Origin: Octopus sinensis
Lineage: Eukaryota
Direction: 5' to 3'
Assembly (NCBI RefSeq): GCF_006345805.1
Contig: NC_043000.1
Coordinates: 806,001 to 870,000 of the forward strand
Length of the DNA: 64,000 bases
Positions 27,301 to 41,761 of this stretch are shown here, piece by piece. The stretch's first letter is position 1; each line of letters opens with the position of its first letter. The position numbers and the translations under genes are program-made. A model generated the notes under the pieces. The model saw only the letters and a list, made by a program, of their open reading frames with translations, was not told the DNA's origin and ran no database searches.

Positions 27301-27495
27301 ACCTATTTTGGATGTTATTTTATATATTATACTTTTTCAGGAAGATTGGTCACAGTGACTTCTAAGTTTCGACTTCAGTCCCATGAAGACTAGCAAGCTA
27401 GAATTTCAAAGTTGCAGTCACCATTTTTCTTGCAAAAGTATAATACATATGTACTCTACGAAAAGTACAGATAATTCTTCAGTCTGATCTAAAGT

Positions 27496-27875
27496 AAGGC
27501 GGCGAACTGACAGAATCGTTAGTACACCGGACAAAATGCTTAGCGGCTTTTCGTCAGCTTTTAAAGTAATTTCCAGTTGATCACTAGGATCGATGTAATC
27601 AACTTTACCCCTCCCCCGAAATTGCCGGCCTTGTATCAAAATTTGAAATCATTATGAAACTTGACATAAGGCGGCGCGCTGGTAGAATCAGTAGCGCTCC
27701 GGGAAAAATGTTTCGCATGTCTTTTGCCTTCGGAGTTCAAATCCCACAAAGGTCAAAGTTACCGTTCATCCTGGCGGGGTCGATAATATAAATATCAGTT
27801 GAACACTGAAGTCGATGTAATCGACTAACTCCAACCCCTAAAATTGCTGGCCTTGAGCCAAAATTTGAAACCGTT
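27496..27875 (+). mobile_element. Two tandem family C SINEs
   Basis: Each begins aaggcggcg..ctg..agaatc and ends ...ggccttg..ccaaaatttgaaa. Confidence 0.75.
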
Positions 27876-28090
27876 TTGACTACACACGAAAACAAACCTT
27901 AATACACACTCACACATAGTACTTGGCTGTTATCTCAAAACAACCAGTTCTCTCCATTTATGTAAATTCTTGAGTAGACGATGGAGGGTGAACCATTCAT
28001 CTCTACTCGATTCCCAGAAACATAAGAAAAAATTTTGTTTTGGGATTTGGTTTGCAAGATTCTTTATATGAGATCGTGTGTTGAAGCATA

Positions 28091-28315
28091 TTCTGTTGTG
28101 TCTGGGGAAAGTCATTTTCTTTTTGTGCCTTATAACGTAACACACTCACCGGTAAAATTTCCACTTATTTTAATAGTCAAGACTATTGAAAAGGTTGCAA
28201 GACTCAACGAAAATTTTAGGAAAATAAAAATAAGAAATAAGTGGAAATTTTACCGGTGAGTGTGTTTATATTATAAGGCACAAAAAGAAAATGACTCTCC
28301 CCAGACACAACAGAA
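28091..28315. mobile_element. MITE with about 80-bp terminal inverted repeats, TA-flanked
   Basis: ttctgttgtgtctgggga...ccggtaaaatttccacttattt is mirrored by aaataagtggaaattttaccgg...ccccagacacaacagaa. Confidence 0.85.
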
Positions 28316-28769
28316 TAAGTAAAATTAAAAATTGAAAAAAAAAAAAAATGACGTAAGCCTGTAAGCTTCAAACCTAAACACCGATGAGATTATTGGTCAC
28401 TTCCCGCCTACCCTGAAAGCGAACACACTAAATTAATGGAGTCGATCGAGAAATACGATATCTGGTTCTCAAATTGTTTCAGCTGTTGTTTTAGCGATAC
28501 TGTTTGTGTTTTATCTGATAATTATGCATGAATTCAGACTGTTTCCTATCAGATTATCTCTTGCCAACCGTTACACATACATATATCCATACAATGTGCA
28601 CAGTTATGCGCAGATGAACACTGCTTTTATGCAGTCAATCTTCCGTATCGTCATTATCTCTATATTATTTATAATTTTAGTTTCACTGATTCTAATACTT
28701 TGGTTTCGTTAAAGAGGCGTTTCGTTTTGTTCTCATCTCAACCTCCTCTTAAATTATCTTTTATCTTTT

Positions 28770-29650
<881 letters not shown>

Positions 29651-30040
29651 ACCGCAACGTCTACGCTGCTCCAGTCAGTTAGGTTATTATTATATATTTA
29701 TATGTAAATCATGCGTGTAGGCAGCTTAATCTATATAAGTAACTTGCATATATTGACACGAAAGTGAAAGTACAACACTGGATACAATACGCGCGAATGC
29801 AATAGAAGTTTTTGTTCCGTTTTGTTTATTTAATGGCTTCGTTGGGCTAAAGGGGGTTGTGCTCATGCGTTTTGCAGGCCTATCTAAACTTACCAGATGT
29901 TGATGCTCAGTGTGTAGATTATAACAGGATGGTTAATTCCTGTAAATGCTGAGTTGAGAGACTATATTCAGTATTTGTTAGCTGCACATTCACATTCTCT
30001 AGATACTGACACACATTTGGAGATGCTTTCTGATTTAATG

Positions 30041-30340
30041 TGGAGGCGCGTTGGCCCAGTGGTTAGGGCAGCGGACTCGCGGTCGGGGCATCGCGGTTTC
30101 GATTCCCAGACCGGGCGTTGTGTGTGTTTGTTGAGCGAAAACACCTAAAAGCTCCACGAGGCGCCGGCAGGGGGTGGTGGCGACCACTATTGTACTCTTT
30201 TGCCACAACTTTCTCTTACTCTCTCTTCTTGTTTCTTGAGCGATGGACTGGCGTCCCGTCCAGCTGGGGGGAACGCATACGCCACAGAACCCGGGAAACC
30301 GGGCCCATGAGCCTGCCTAGGCTTGAAAAGGGCGACGTTT
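30041..30340 (+). mobile_element. tRNA-derived SINE, family A variant
   Basis: Head tggaggcgcg..ggcccagtggttagggcagcggactcgcgg, B box gtttcgattccc. Confidence 0.85.
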
Positions 30341-30443
30341 ATCGTTTTTCTAATTTAATAACATATAGTGTGGAAATATTAACTTGATCGATAAAGCCTG
30401 TCTATATTGATCGGATAGACATAGTCTGTAGATGTTCATTGGT

Positions 30444-30825
30444 GAAGGCGCATGGCTTACTGGTTAGGATAGTCGGCTCAAGATCGTAAGGTCGTCAGTT
30501 CGATTCCTGGCGGTGCGTTATGTGCTTGAGAAAGACACTTTTTTCACTTTGCTCCAGTCCACAGCTTTAACGTACCCCTAATCTCTTAAACAGATTTCCA
30601 TAGCTAATCATGAGGTTAAACGAGCAGTTGTCTATAGTTCAACATGGACGGGAGTAGTACCTGTGTTTCAAAGAGTCAGCCTTGTTACATGAATCTCCCT
30701 AAGAACGATATTAAAAGTACATATATCTGTGGAGTGCTCAGTCAGTTGTACGCTTATTTTACAAGCAGGCTGTTCCGTTGGCCGGGTCAGTTGGAACTCT
30801 CTTCGTCATGGACGACGGAATCCCA
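30444..30825 (+). mobile_element. Degenerate family A SINE with nested insert
   Basis: Head at 30444-30560, tail homologous to 46500-46686; 30560-30650 matches 37985-38075. Confidence 0.7.
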
Positions 30826-31994
30826 CTTAGATGCTCTCTTAGTAGATATTACACAGTATGTAGATATTGACTGTATAGCCATAATATGTAAATACATGCT
30901 GGGGAAATAATACCCAGTATAGATGTTCACTTCATAGTTTTATATTCTGGTGATACTGACTGTATTGTCAGAGTTTGTGGACGCTTACTGATTAGATATT
31001 ACAGTATAACAATTTGTAGATGTTTACTGAATAGATATTTATCACACTGAGATAGGTGCAATTTGTAGATAATCGCTGGGTAGATAATACAGAGTATGTA
31101 GATTTTTGACTAAATAAGTACCGTCTAGAGATATTGAAAGGACAATATGCAATTATTGGGTGGATAAAAATATATCCCGTCGATATTATTGCATAGGCAC
31201 ATATTCGTTAATATAGATAGTCAGAATTGTGAAGATTAGATTGTGTAAGGTTTAAAAAGCTTAACAAGATAGTTACTAAGTGTGAACGTCGACTGAATGG
31301 AAAATACAGTCAAGATATATCGACTGGATCGTTACTGAATGTCATTGTCATCTAAACAGCGGCTTGTTCAACACTGGGAGCTTGTATAGTATGTCCATGT
31401 GATAAAATCAATTGTTTCTTTAAGTTGGAGTTTTTGAAAGCCTTTGGGCATTAAATTGGTATTGTTTCTCACAAACACTTTTAATTTAGTCCTTAGTATG
31501 AGATGTTGCATGTGTAAACCTGTCCGATTTTTATCAACGGATATCGACCTAAAAGCTTTATAGATATTAACTAAGCACTTATTGGTTGAGTCTGTCTCCA
31601 CTATCTCCCCTTTTACTTGCAATAACTTCATCACAATAAGGGATCTAACTAATAATTTATAACCGCAACGCCCATCTATACATTAACAAATATTGTTATT
31701 GCTAGGACAGTAAGGGCAATGAATACAAAGAGCTGATACAGTAGTGCAAGCACAGTGCTACTACGACTAGCACCACCACCACCATCACCACTACTACTAC
31801 TACTAATATAATAATAATAATATTAATAATAATAATAATAATAATAATATAATAATAATAATAATGATAATGATAATATAATAATGATAATGATAATAAT
31901 AATGATAATAATAATGATAATAATAATAATAATAATAATAATAAGAATATAATAATAATAATAATAATAATAGTAATAATAATAATAATAAAAA

Positions 31995-32880
31995 TACGAA
32001 AATTATTGACGATGCATAGAATGCATCACCCTAAGGAAGATATCGAACGACTTTGTCTGCCAAGAGAAGAGTGAGGCCGTGGACTTTTACAACTGGAATT
32101 AGAATTGAAGATTGTCACAATTGGCTTCGACACCTACCTGAAAAACTCTTAGGACTGGATGTTAAAACTTGTCTCAAAACATGAAAACACGAAGACATCG
32201 TACTCAGTAAGAAAACAGGCAAAGGAATATATAAGTGAATTCCAAATACAACAAATTCCAGAATTAGACGTACTAGAAACAAGCACAGAAAAAGCTGAGC
32301 GTATAAAAACCCGTACTAAAACTGCTGCCTTAGATATTCTTATTGACAAATGGCAAGAAAAACCTCTCAATGGCAAATACCCAAAGAGAGCTAATAATGC
32401 CGATGTTGACAAAGCTCTTACTCATCAATGGTTAATGGCTTCTTAAAATCAGAAACGGAAGAGTTTATCATAGCAGCCCAATATCAATGCCTGCCTACAA
32501 GAAACTACCTGGCCAACATATTAAAGAACGGCAGCTGCCCAACATGTCGTGTATGTCAACAACAAAATGAAACCATTGATCATGTTGTCTCCATGTGCAG
32601 TCTTCTTGCGCCTACAGAGTATCTCAATAGGCATGATAGAGCAGCACAATAAATTCCCTGGATGATTTGCAAAAACCTGGACTTGCCCCATGATAAAAGT
32701 GGTGGGAACACAAACCACCTCCAGTGCTTGAAAATGACCACATCTCACTCCTCTGGAATTCACCATCGAAACTGACAGAAAGATTGATGCAAATAGGCCA
32801 GACATTATATTGAAAGACTTCAGACAAAAATCATGCCTCCTCATTGATATGACTGTCCCAATCGATATAAACGTATCTGT
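31995..32880 (+). mobile_element. R4/Dong-like non-LTR retrotransposon fragment (CCHC plus restriction-like endonuclease)
   Basis: HPK.DIERL.LPR..GRGL, ETE.FIIAAQ, CRVCQQQNETIDHVVSMC, RHD, ANRPDI..D...LIDMTVP; starts inside (AAT)n. Confidence 0.9.
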
Positions 32881-33279
32881 CAACGAGTGAAGCAGGTAAA
32901 ACAGAGCAAAACAATGTAGAACGGATTTCTGCGGCTAAACTGGATCTTCCAAGATGTAATCCTTTCCTATTTTTATCACTGGCAAATCCCAGTAGTTACG
33001 TCTGCCGACTACGGGTTATCCTTATAATCACTCGCCTTAATCCTAAAAAAGTTAATCGATGGACGTGATCATTTTCGCATATCACACACGACTCTGTTTC
33101 AAATCTACAAACCACCTCGTCTACTTTAATCGCCAGTTTCTTTACTGTTTCTGCTTTAGATGCTTCCTCAATCGTCATCCGTCGCCTGGTCACGAGCATT
33201 TCTTCAATCTTTCTTTTATAAAGGTCGGTTTTAAGACGGTTGGCGTGAGTGGTTGCCCACGTTTGCAATGGTTTCATTA

Positions 33280-33885
33280 TAGTGGTGGCGGTGGTGGTGG
33301 TGATGATGGTGATGGTGGTAGTAGTGGTAGTGGTGGTGATGTTGGTGGTGGTGGTGATGGTGGTTTTGAAGGTGGTGGTGAAGGTGGTGGTGGTGGTGGT
33401 GAAGGTGGTGTGGTGGTGGTGGTGGTGGTGGTGGTGGTGGTAGTGGATGTGGGGTGGGGGGTAGTGGTGGTTTTGAAGGTGGTGGTGAAGGTGGTGGTGG
33501 TGGTGGTGTTGGTGAAGGTGGTGGTGGTGGTGGTGGTGGTGAAGGTGGTGGTGGTGGTGCTGAAGGTGGTGATGGTGGTGGTGGTGGTGGTGGTGGTGAT
33601 AGTGGTGGTGGTGGTGGTGGTGCTTGTGAAGGTGGTGGTGGTTGTAGTAAATGTGGTGATGGCACCCTCGACAGCAGCGGTGGTGAAGGCGTTGACAGAG
33701 GCGACGCCGCTGGCTGTGAGCAGTGGTGGTATCAGTGGTCGTTGTGCCGGTTGTGGCGGCGCTGGCGGCGCTGACGGCAACGGCTATGGCGAAGGCGGTG
33801 ATGAAGGCAGTGGCTTCGGGAATTGCAGTGTTGTTGATGACAACGGCAACGACGATGATGATCATGATAATCATAATGACGATAT

Positions 33886-33926
<41 letters not shown>

Positions 33927-33965
33927 GTGGTCGTGGTGGTGGTGGTGGTGGTTATGGTGATGATG

Positions 33966-34007
<42 letters not shown>

Positions 34008-34060
34008 GTCGTGGTGGTCGTGGTGGTGGTTGGTGGTGGTAGTGGTTTTGATGAGGATGA

Positions 34061-34094
<34 letters not shown>

Positions 34095-34180
34095 GGTGGT
34101 GGTGGTGGTGGATGATGATGATGATGGATGATTGATGATGGTGGTGGTGGTGGTGGTGATGGTGATTGATGATGATGATG

Positions 34181-34222
<42 letters not shown>

Positions 34223-34361
34223 GTCGTGGTGGTGTGTGGTGGTGGTTGTGGTGATGATGAGGATGATGATGATGATGATGATGATGATGGTGGTGATGAT
34301 GATGATGTCGTGGTGGTCGTGTGGTGGTGGTGGTGATGGTTTAGTGGTGTTGATGAGGATG

Positions 34362-34395
<34 letters not shown>

Positions 34396-34619
34396 GGTGT
34401 GGTGTGTGCTGATGATGATGATGATGATGAGTGGTGGTGGTGGTGGTGGTGGTTATGGTGATGATGAGGATGATGTGATGATGATGATGATGATGATGGT
34501 GGTGGTGATGGTGGTGGTGGTGTTTGTGTGGTGATGATGATTGATGGATAATGATGATGGTTTGATGGTGATGGTGATGAGTGATGATGATGGTGGTGAT
34601 GGGGTGGTGGTGGTGGTGA

Positions 34620-34651
<32 letters not shown>

Positions 34652-34697
34652 ATGATGATGATGATGATTGATGATGATGGATGGATGAGTGTGGTGG

Positions 34698-34739
<42 letters not shown>

Positions 34740-34743
34740 ATGA

Positions 34744-34777
<34 letters not shown>

Positions 34778-35101
34778 TGTGATGATGATGATGATGATGA
34801 TGATGATGGTAATGATGATGGTGATGGTGATGGTGATGATGATGATGGTGATGGTGATGATGATGATGATGATGGTGGTGGTGATGATGATGATGATGAT
34901 GATGATGATGGTGATGATAATGATGATGATGAGGTGGTGGTGGTGATGATGATGATGAATGATGATGAGATGATGATGGTGGGGGGTGGGTGTGGTGGTG
35001 ATGATGATGAGATGATGATGGTAATGATGATGGTGGGTGGTGGTGATGATGATGAATGATAGGATGATGATGATGATGATGATGTGGTGGTGGTGATGAT
35101 G

Positions 35102-35133
<32 letters not shown>

Positions 35134-35157
35134 GATGATGATGGTGGGTGGTGATGA

Positions 35158-35189
<32 letters not shown>

Positions 35190-35357
35190 ATTGATGATGA
35201 TGATGAATGATGATGGTGGTGTGATGATTATGATGATGATGATATGATGTGGTGGTGTGAATGATGATGATGATGATGAGGTGGTAGTGGGGTTGGTGGT
35301 GATGATGATGATGATGATGATGGTAATGATGATGGTGGTTGTGATGGTGATGGTGAC

Positions 35358-35391
<34 letters not shown>

Positions 35392-35438
35392 GTAATGATG
35401 ATGATGGTTGAATGAATATGATGATATGTGGTGGGTGG

Positions 35439-35484
<46 letters not shown>

Positions 35485-35658
35485 GGTGGTGGTGGTGATG
35501 ATGATGATGATGATGATGATGATGGTGGTGGTGATGATGATATTGATGATATGTGTTGTGGTGGTGGTGGTGGTGATGATGATGATGATGATGATGGTAA
35601 TGATGATGGTGGTGGTGATGGTGATGGTGACGATGATGATGATGATGATGATGATGAT
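33280..35658 (+). repeat. About 2.4-kb compound (GGT)n/(GAT)n microsatellite
   Basis: Directly visible. Confidence 0.95.
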
Positions 35659-36790
35659 TTAATCCCAGTTCAGTCCTGATCAAGCAGAACTTTGATAGAA
35701 GATGTTACAGCGTTGCCCATTTAAGGCATCGGTTTCGAAGTAAAGGTCCCCAAAGAACGTATAGGATTCGTGAGATTCCTACATTATCACAGTTTTCAAA
35801 AGACAAGGTTCCATGAATAAAATTAATTCAAATAAAAAGGTTCCTGGTTCGTGAAAAAGTTGGGAATCACTACTGCAAGGGATGATGACATGGGGAGGTT
35901 TTAACCGCAAATTCTAACGGGCCGAGTAACTTTTTTGACCCTTCTTCGTTGGCTCCTTCCGTACATGATGCCGTATCCATGGTCAGGGTGAGTGGATGAC
36001 GGATGATGATGACAATGACAATACTCGTCGTCGTCGTCGTCATCATTATTCACATAGATAAATCGAGCTGGCAGAAACATTAGCACGCCGGTATTTCGTC
36101 CGCCGCTGTGGTATTTCGTCCGCCGCTGCGTTCTGAGTTCAAATTCCGCCGAGGTCGATTAAATAAGTACCAGTTACGCTTTGTCTGTCCTTGTTTTTCC
36201 TCTCTGTATTTAGCCCCTTGTGGGCAGTAAAGAAATGATAGTTAAGAGAGAGAGAGAGGGGGAGAGAAGAGAGAGAGAGAGAGGGAGAGAGAGAAAGAGA
36301 GAGAGAGGAAGAGAGCGAAAGTGAGAGACAGACTGACAGACAGGCAGAGTCAGTTACTGACAGAATGACAGGCAAACTGGCAGGCTGACTGGCAGGTAGA
36401 CTGGCTGGCAGGAAGGCAGGCTGACTGGCAGAGAGGCAGGCAGAATAAACACCAACCCTAAAAATGGTCGATTTATTCGATTGAGTAATTTATAGATAAC
36501 AGAGAGAAAGAGAGGAAGAGAGAGGGAAAGAGAGAGTGAGGTGGGTATATATTGACCCGATTAATAGATAAAGTATGCAGTTGATGGTTAAATATATAGA
36601 CACAATGCATAAGGTATAGATATGATATTGTATAGAGATAACATACAAATGTAGACAGCATATAAAATATATATTAAAAAAAGGCCTTAATCAAGACAGG
36701 TTATTGCTTTATTGTAATGATCGATCTCATCCTATTATACTCTCACGGTTTTCCACCTGCTACCTGTTACAATCTGTCTAGTATATATAT

Positions 36791-37210
36791 AGGCGCAGGA
36801 ATGGCTGTGTGGTAAGTAGCTTGCTTACCATCCACATGGTTCCGAGTTCAGTACCACCGCGTAGCACCTTGGGCAAGTGTCTTCTACTATAGTCTCGGAC
36901 TGACCAAAGACTTCTGAGTTGATTTTCTAGGCAGAAACTGAAAGAAGTCCGTTGTATAATATATATATGTGTGTGAATGTGTGCATGTGTGTGCATGTGT
37001 GTGTCTGTACTTGTCCCCCCCCCCAACATCGTTTGACAACCGATGCTGGTGTGTTTACGTCCCCATAACTTGGCAGTTCAAAAAGATTTACCGATAGTAT
37101 AAGTGCTAGGCTTACAAAGAATAAGCCCTAGGGTCGATTTGCTTGACCAAAGGCGGTGCTCCAGCATGGCCGAAGTCAAATGACTGAAACAAGTAAAAGA
37201 ATAAAGGAGT
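36791..37210 (+). mobile_element. SINE family B (tRNA-like head, internal microsatellite, LINE-like tail)
   Basis: ggcgcaggaatggctgtgtggtaag...ggcggtgctccagcatggcc...gactgaaacaagtaaaaga. Confidence 0.9.
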
Positions 37211-37825
37211 ATATATATTCTTTTATTCTTTTATATATGAGTGTGTTTGTATGTAGCTTATACGCACACATAGCTCGAGTGATTGTGCATTTCCTAAGAT
37301 AACATATTTCGCTTAAATGAAGTTTACTACCGCGTTGGTTCATAGACATGTGTTCGACCCCCACCTACTACAACTTATCACACTTTCCCAGTAGAGTCCT
37401 CTACAGATTTTTATCACTACTGTTCAAACACATTTATTACTACTCTGTGATATGTACGTAGTACCGACAGTTTTTGTCCATTTATAAATATAAAGAATAC
37501 AAAACTGGGACAAGAACGCAAAACATCCAAACAGTTAGGTGATACAAAAAAGGGACAACAAAACATCCAGAGAGACGATACAAAGAAAAAAAAGGACGGG
37601 TCTTTCGGAGTTTTCTATCCTCAGTCGAGTTCCAGATCATCTTTGCAATTTCGGCTGGTTATACTTGAGATTCCTCCAATCTGGCCAGCCCCAAGGAAAA
37701 ACTAAGCTAAGAGCATTAGATTTCTTGGAAGAAAGCAGCGAATGCATACGAAAGCAAGGATGGAAAAAAGCGGAGAATGTTACACAAATACAATGCAAAT
37801 GTTTTATATATATATATATATATGC

Positions 37826-37869
<44 letters not shown>

Positions 37870-38428
37870 ATGTATATGATATGTACATATATTTTCACGC
37901 TAGTAGACAACACTACACTACTTTTCAATTCCCGAGAACGCAACCTAACAGTGTGTTACTACTCCCCTTCCAGATTTCAGCCTCACAGACATTAACGTAC
38001 CCCTAATCTCTAAAACAGATTTCCATAGCTAATCATGTGGCTAAGCAAGAAGCTGTCTACAGTTCAACAGCGGCGGAGAAGGTGAATATACACCCAAAGA
38101 TTTAGATGTCTCTTTCGCGAGTAGATTGTAATAAATATTGCACATTACATTTCTATGGTGTATATACGGTTTATGCTTCACATTTACGTAATTCACATAG
38201 ATGTAAACTACATACACACACGCACACACACGTAAATACTTCATTTCACATTACTCAAGTCTCCCTTTCGATCGGGGGAAATGTTGGCCTGCTCACCTCG
38301 CCTTCGGGATGGCTCTATGCGAAGGCTAAAATGATGCAAAGCGCATTGTGAACAGAGGGATGTCTAACAACATGCAATAGCCTGTTTGCTCACGTGATGG
38401 ATATACATGTGTGTGTGTATGTAAACAC

Positions 38429-38460
<32 letters not shown>

Positions 38461-38608
38461 GAAGAATCCACCAGAGTGGATGCAAGCGCTAATATATGAT
38501 TTACAAAAACATGTAACATTTTAATAAAAATGTTAAATATAAAACGATCCAGATTTCTGAGTACCTCATTTCCTCTAACATATAATACCTGTACATTATC
38601 TCTAAATC

Positions 38609-38681
<73 letters not shown>

Positions 38682-38817
38682 GCATATATATATATATGTA
38701 TGTATGTATGTATACACATGCGTTTTTGTATGTGCGCATTATATGCAGCGCGTTCATTATTCATTAAAAAATTTCATTCCCGTATTGAATCCTTTATTGA
38801 TTTAATGTTGTGTAGGC

Positions 38818-38848
<31 letters not shown>

Positions 38849-39319
38849 TATGCATGCGACATTATGCTTGCGTATATTTGCATTTGTGTCTGTGTGTTGT
38901 TTGCTATGTTCTCTCAACTCATCTATATCATTATGAAAAAATATTGTGATTGGAAGAACACCGTTAATGGAAATGTTCTAAAGTAATCTTCTTGAATTAA
39001 TGTTGTGTGACATGAGTCTGATGGGATGAGGAGATTTAACCTGTTGGGATCAAATGAACGACTGAGGAACCTTTTTTTTTCATCTTTACTACATTTTTTT
39101 TTTTAATGGAAGATGTCATATAAATTATATTACAACGTTTTACGCTTTTACTTGTTTGCGTCACGTGGCAGGGATGAAATTAGGTTTAACTGTAAAATTT
39201 TAACTATCAAAATACTATACTGTTTGTTAACAAATATAATGTAATATACATTTTTATAGAGATCATTAGTTTCTCAGACATATGGTATGATTCCTTTGGC
39301 TTATATTTAATTGCACATA

Positions 39320-39720
39320 GGCGCAGGAGTGGCTGTGTGGTAAGTAGCTTGCTAACCACCCACATGGTTCCGGGTTCAGTCCCACTGCGTGGCATCTTGG
39401 GCATGTGTCTTCTGCTATAGCCCCGGGCCGACCAATGCCTTGTGAGTGGATTTGGTAGACGGAAACTGAAAGAAGCCTGTCGTATATATGTATATATATA
39501 TGTGTGTGTGTTTGTGTGTCTGTGTTTGTCCCCCTAGCATTGCTTAACAACCGATGCTGGTGTGTTTACGTCCCTGTAACTTAGCGGTTCGGCAAAAGAG
39601 ACCGATAGAATAAGTACTGGGCTTACAAAGAATAAGTCCTGGGGTTGATTTGCTCGACTAAAGGCGGTGCTCCAGCATGGCCGCAGTCAAATGACTGAAA
39701 CAAGTAAAAGAGTAAAAGAG
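39320..39720 (+). mobile_element. SINE family B (full length)
   Basis: As 36791-37210, with (GTAAAAGA)n tail. Confidence 0.9.
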
Positions 39721-39981
39721 TATTGCAATTAAAGATAAATACAGGTTGGGCCAAAAGTCACGCACAAAATAAGTCCAATACACACTGTAATTGTTAAACA
39801 AATGGTTTAATTTTTCTAAAATCACAGATTTGCTTGTCAGTTGTTTGACCATAACCAGTTGAGCATGTCCCTTAGTGGCTGACGATATGTGCATCTCTGA
39901 CCACGAGCAGAAGTAGTGGGGGGAGCATCATACCCGTATGTTGAAAGGAATTCTTGGAGGTTTGGATAATTCGCCTTTGGA

Positions 39982-40253
39982 AATATGGGTGGTTCGTTCA
40001 ACATCTTTAAGCAATCCTTATTCAGGGACCTTTTGAGCAGGATGGGCTACTCGACCAGAAGAAAGTTCTAACTGGGCCCCACCTGCAAGGTCATGTGCTG
40101 TTTATCTTGATATGAGATCACCATGTCGCGCACATATGGTTGTGATGCATGTGCCTGGTGTACCTTTATCAGACGGGTAGTCATGATGGGTATACTGGGC
40201 TTCGTATATTTTACCCCAGTGTCACTTTGATGGCATGCACTGCTCTCTCACTC

Positions 40254-40302
<49 letters not shown>

Positions 40303-40480
40303 GTAGTAGTAGTAGTAGTAGTAGTAGGCACAACGCGAATACAAAAGACGGCATGACAGTATGTATATTTATAAATGCATATATATATATATATATATAT
40401 ATATGCATTTACAAATATACATACTGTCATGCCGTCTTTTGTATTCGCGTTGTGCCTACTACTACTACTACTACTACTAC

Positions 40481-40514
<34 letters not shown>

Positions 40515-40786
40515 GAGTGAGAGAGCAGTGCATGCCATCAAAGTGACACTGGGGTAAAATATACGAAGCCCAGTATACCCATCATGACTACCCTTCTTAT
40601 AAGGGTACACTAGGCACATGCATCACAACCATATGTGCGCGACATGGTGATCTAATATCAAGATAAACAGCACATGACCTTGCAGGTGGGGCCCAGTTAG
40701 AACTTTCTTCTGGTCGAGTAGCCCATCCTGCTCAAAAGGTCCCTGAATAAGGATTGTTTAAAGATGTTGAACGAACCACCCATATT
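39982..40786. repeat. Large near-perfect palindrome centred on (AT)n
   Basis: Each arm of about 400 bp contains family D sequence, (AAT)n(AGT)n and unique flank; the arms are reverse complements. Confidence 0.95.
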
Positions 40787-40792
40787 GGTAGG

Positions 40793-40860
<68 letters not shown>

Positions 40861-41210
40861 ATATAAATTAGAGATAACCACTATTAGGCAAATCATACAA
40901 TGAAAAACTTAAGCCAATACATATTATTTAAATATATAACAAAATTATTAAAAAAATATAATTAATGTAACACTACGATCGTTTCATGGCTGTTAATTTC
41001 TTTAAATTTTCGAGTTAGTCATTCATCAGGTGGTTTAAATATTTAACTTGGCGAGGTTTAATCAATGAAACGATCGTAGTGTTATATTAATTATATTTTT
41101 TTTATAATTTTGTCATATATTTAAATAATATAAATTAAATAATCTTATGTATTGGCTTAAGTTTTCATTGTATGATTTGCCTAATAGTGGTTTTATCTCT
41201 AATTTAATAT
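40861..41210. mobile_element. Penelope-type terminus with partial inverted duplication
   Basis: 40861-40987 is mirrored at 41065-41210; related sequence at 18500-18670. Confidence 0.75.
40969..41035 (-). ncRNA. Type I hammerhead ribozyme motif with consensus core
   Basis: cac CTGATGA atgact...agccat GAAAC GATC GTA gtg; palindromic stem III ACGATCGT. Confidence 0.75.
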
Positions 41211-41295
41211 AATATAATATTTTACTATAAAATTGGATTCAATCCTAAATCTGATTTTTCCCTGTAAGTTTGGATTTATTCCCTAATATTTATTA

Positions 41296-41346
<51 letters not shown>

Positions 41347-41374
41347 ATATATTGATAAAAATGGTAATGCACGT

Positions 41375-41600
41375 ATGTATGTAAATGATGATTTATCGGG
41401 AATGAGATTTTTCCGCCGGTTCTTATAATCTAGGCACCATTTTCCCCGCTTTAAAATGTTGATGGGAGACAGGTGAGGTTTAACAATTGCACCCATCCCA
41501 TGGTATCCAGCTTTATGGAGCTCACAGCGAACAGTTTTGATTGACATACAGTTGGCAAGGTGATGCCTTAACTCTTCTATCGCTTTTTCTGCCGTTTCAC
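41375..41600 (-). mobile_element. Tc1-like transposase remnant
   Basis: SIKTVRCELHKAGYHGMGAIVKPHLSPINILKRGKWC...DKSSF resembles the Tc1 TVRRxL...KPLL...RLxWC...SDES segment. Confidence 0.8.
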
Positions 41601-41761
41601 TATTCTGCAGTCCTTGTTTATGAACTTTGACTTCTGTCGAGAATTGTACGTAACAGGGCTAGTCTTAGCATGATTTTTAGACTATCTAGAAGACTTCAGG
41701 GAGTATACTTCTCTAAACAGTTTTAGTGACTTAAATCTCAGTCATTCGACATTTTAAATTC

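Noticed and set aside
32996-35683. Poly-His/Pro/Thr/Asp/Val ORFs resembling mucins or extensins
   Set aside because: Open in many frames because of GGT/GAT repeats; low-complexity artefact.
37590-37630. CTGAGGA...GAAA hammerhead-like string on the minus strand (also about 29310-29345, 5000-5040, 6437, 22485-22515)
   Set aside because: Stems I/III or one core half cannot be formed convincingly; at best decayed relics.
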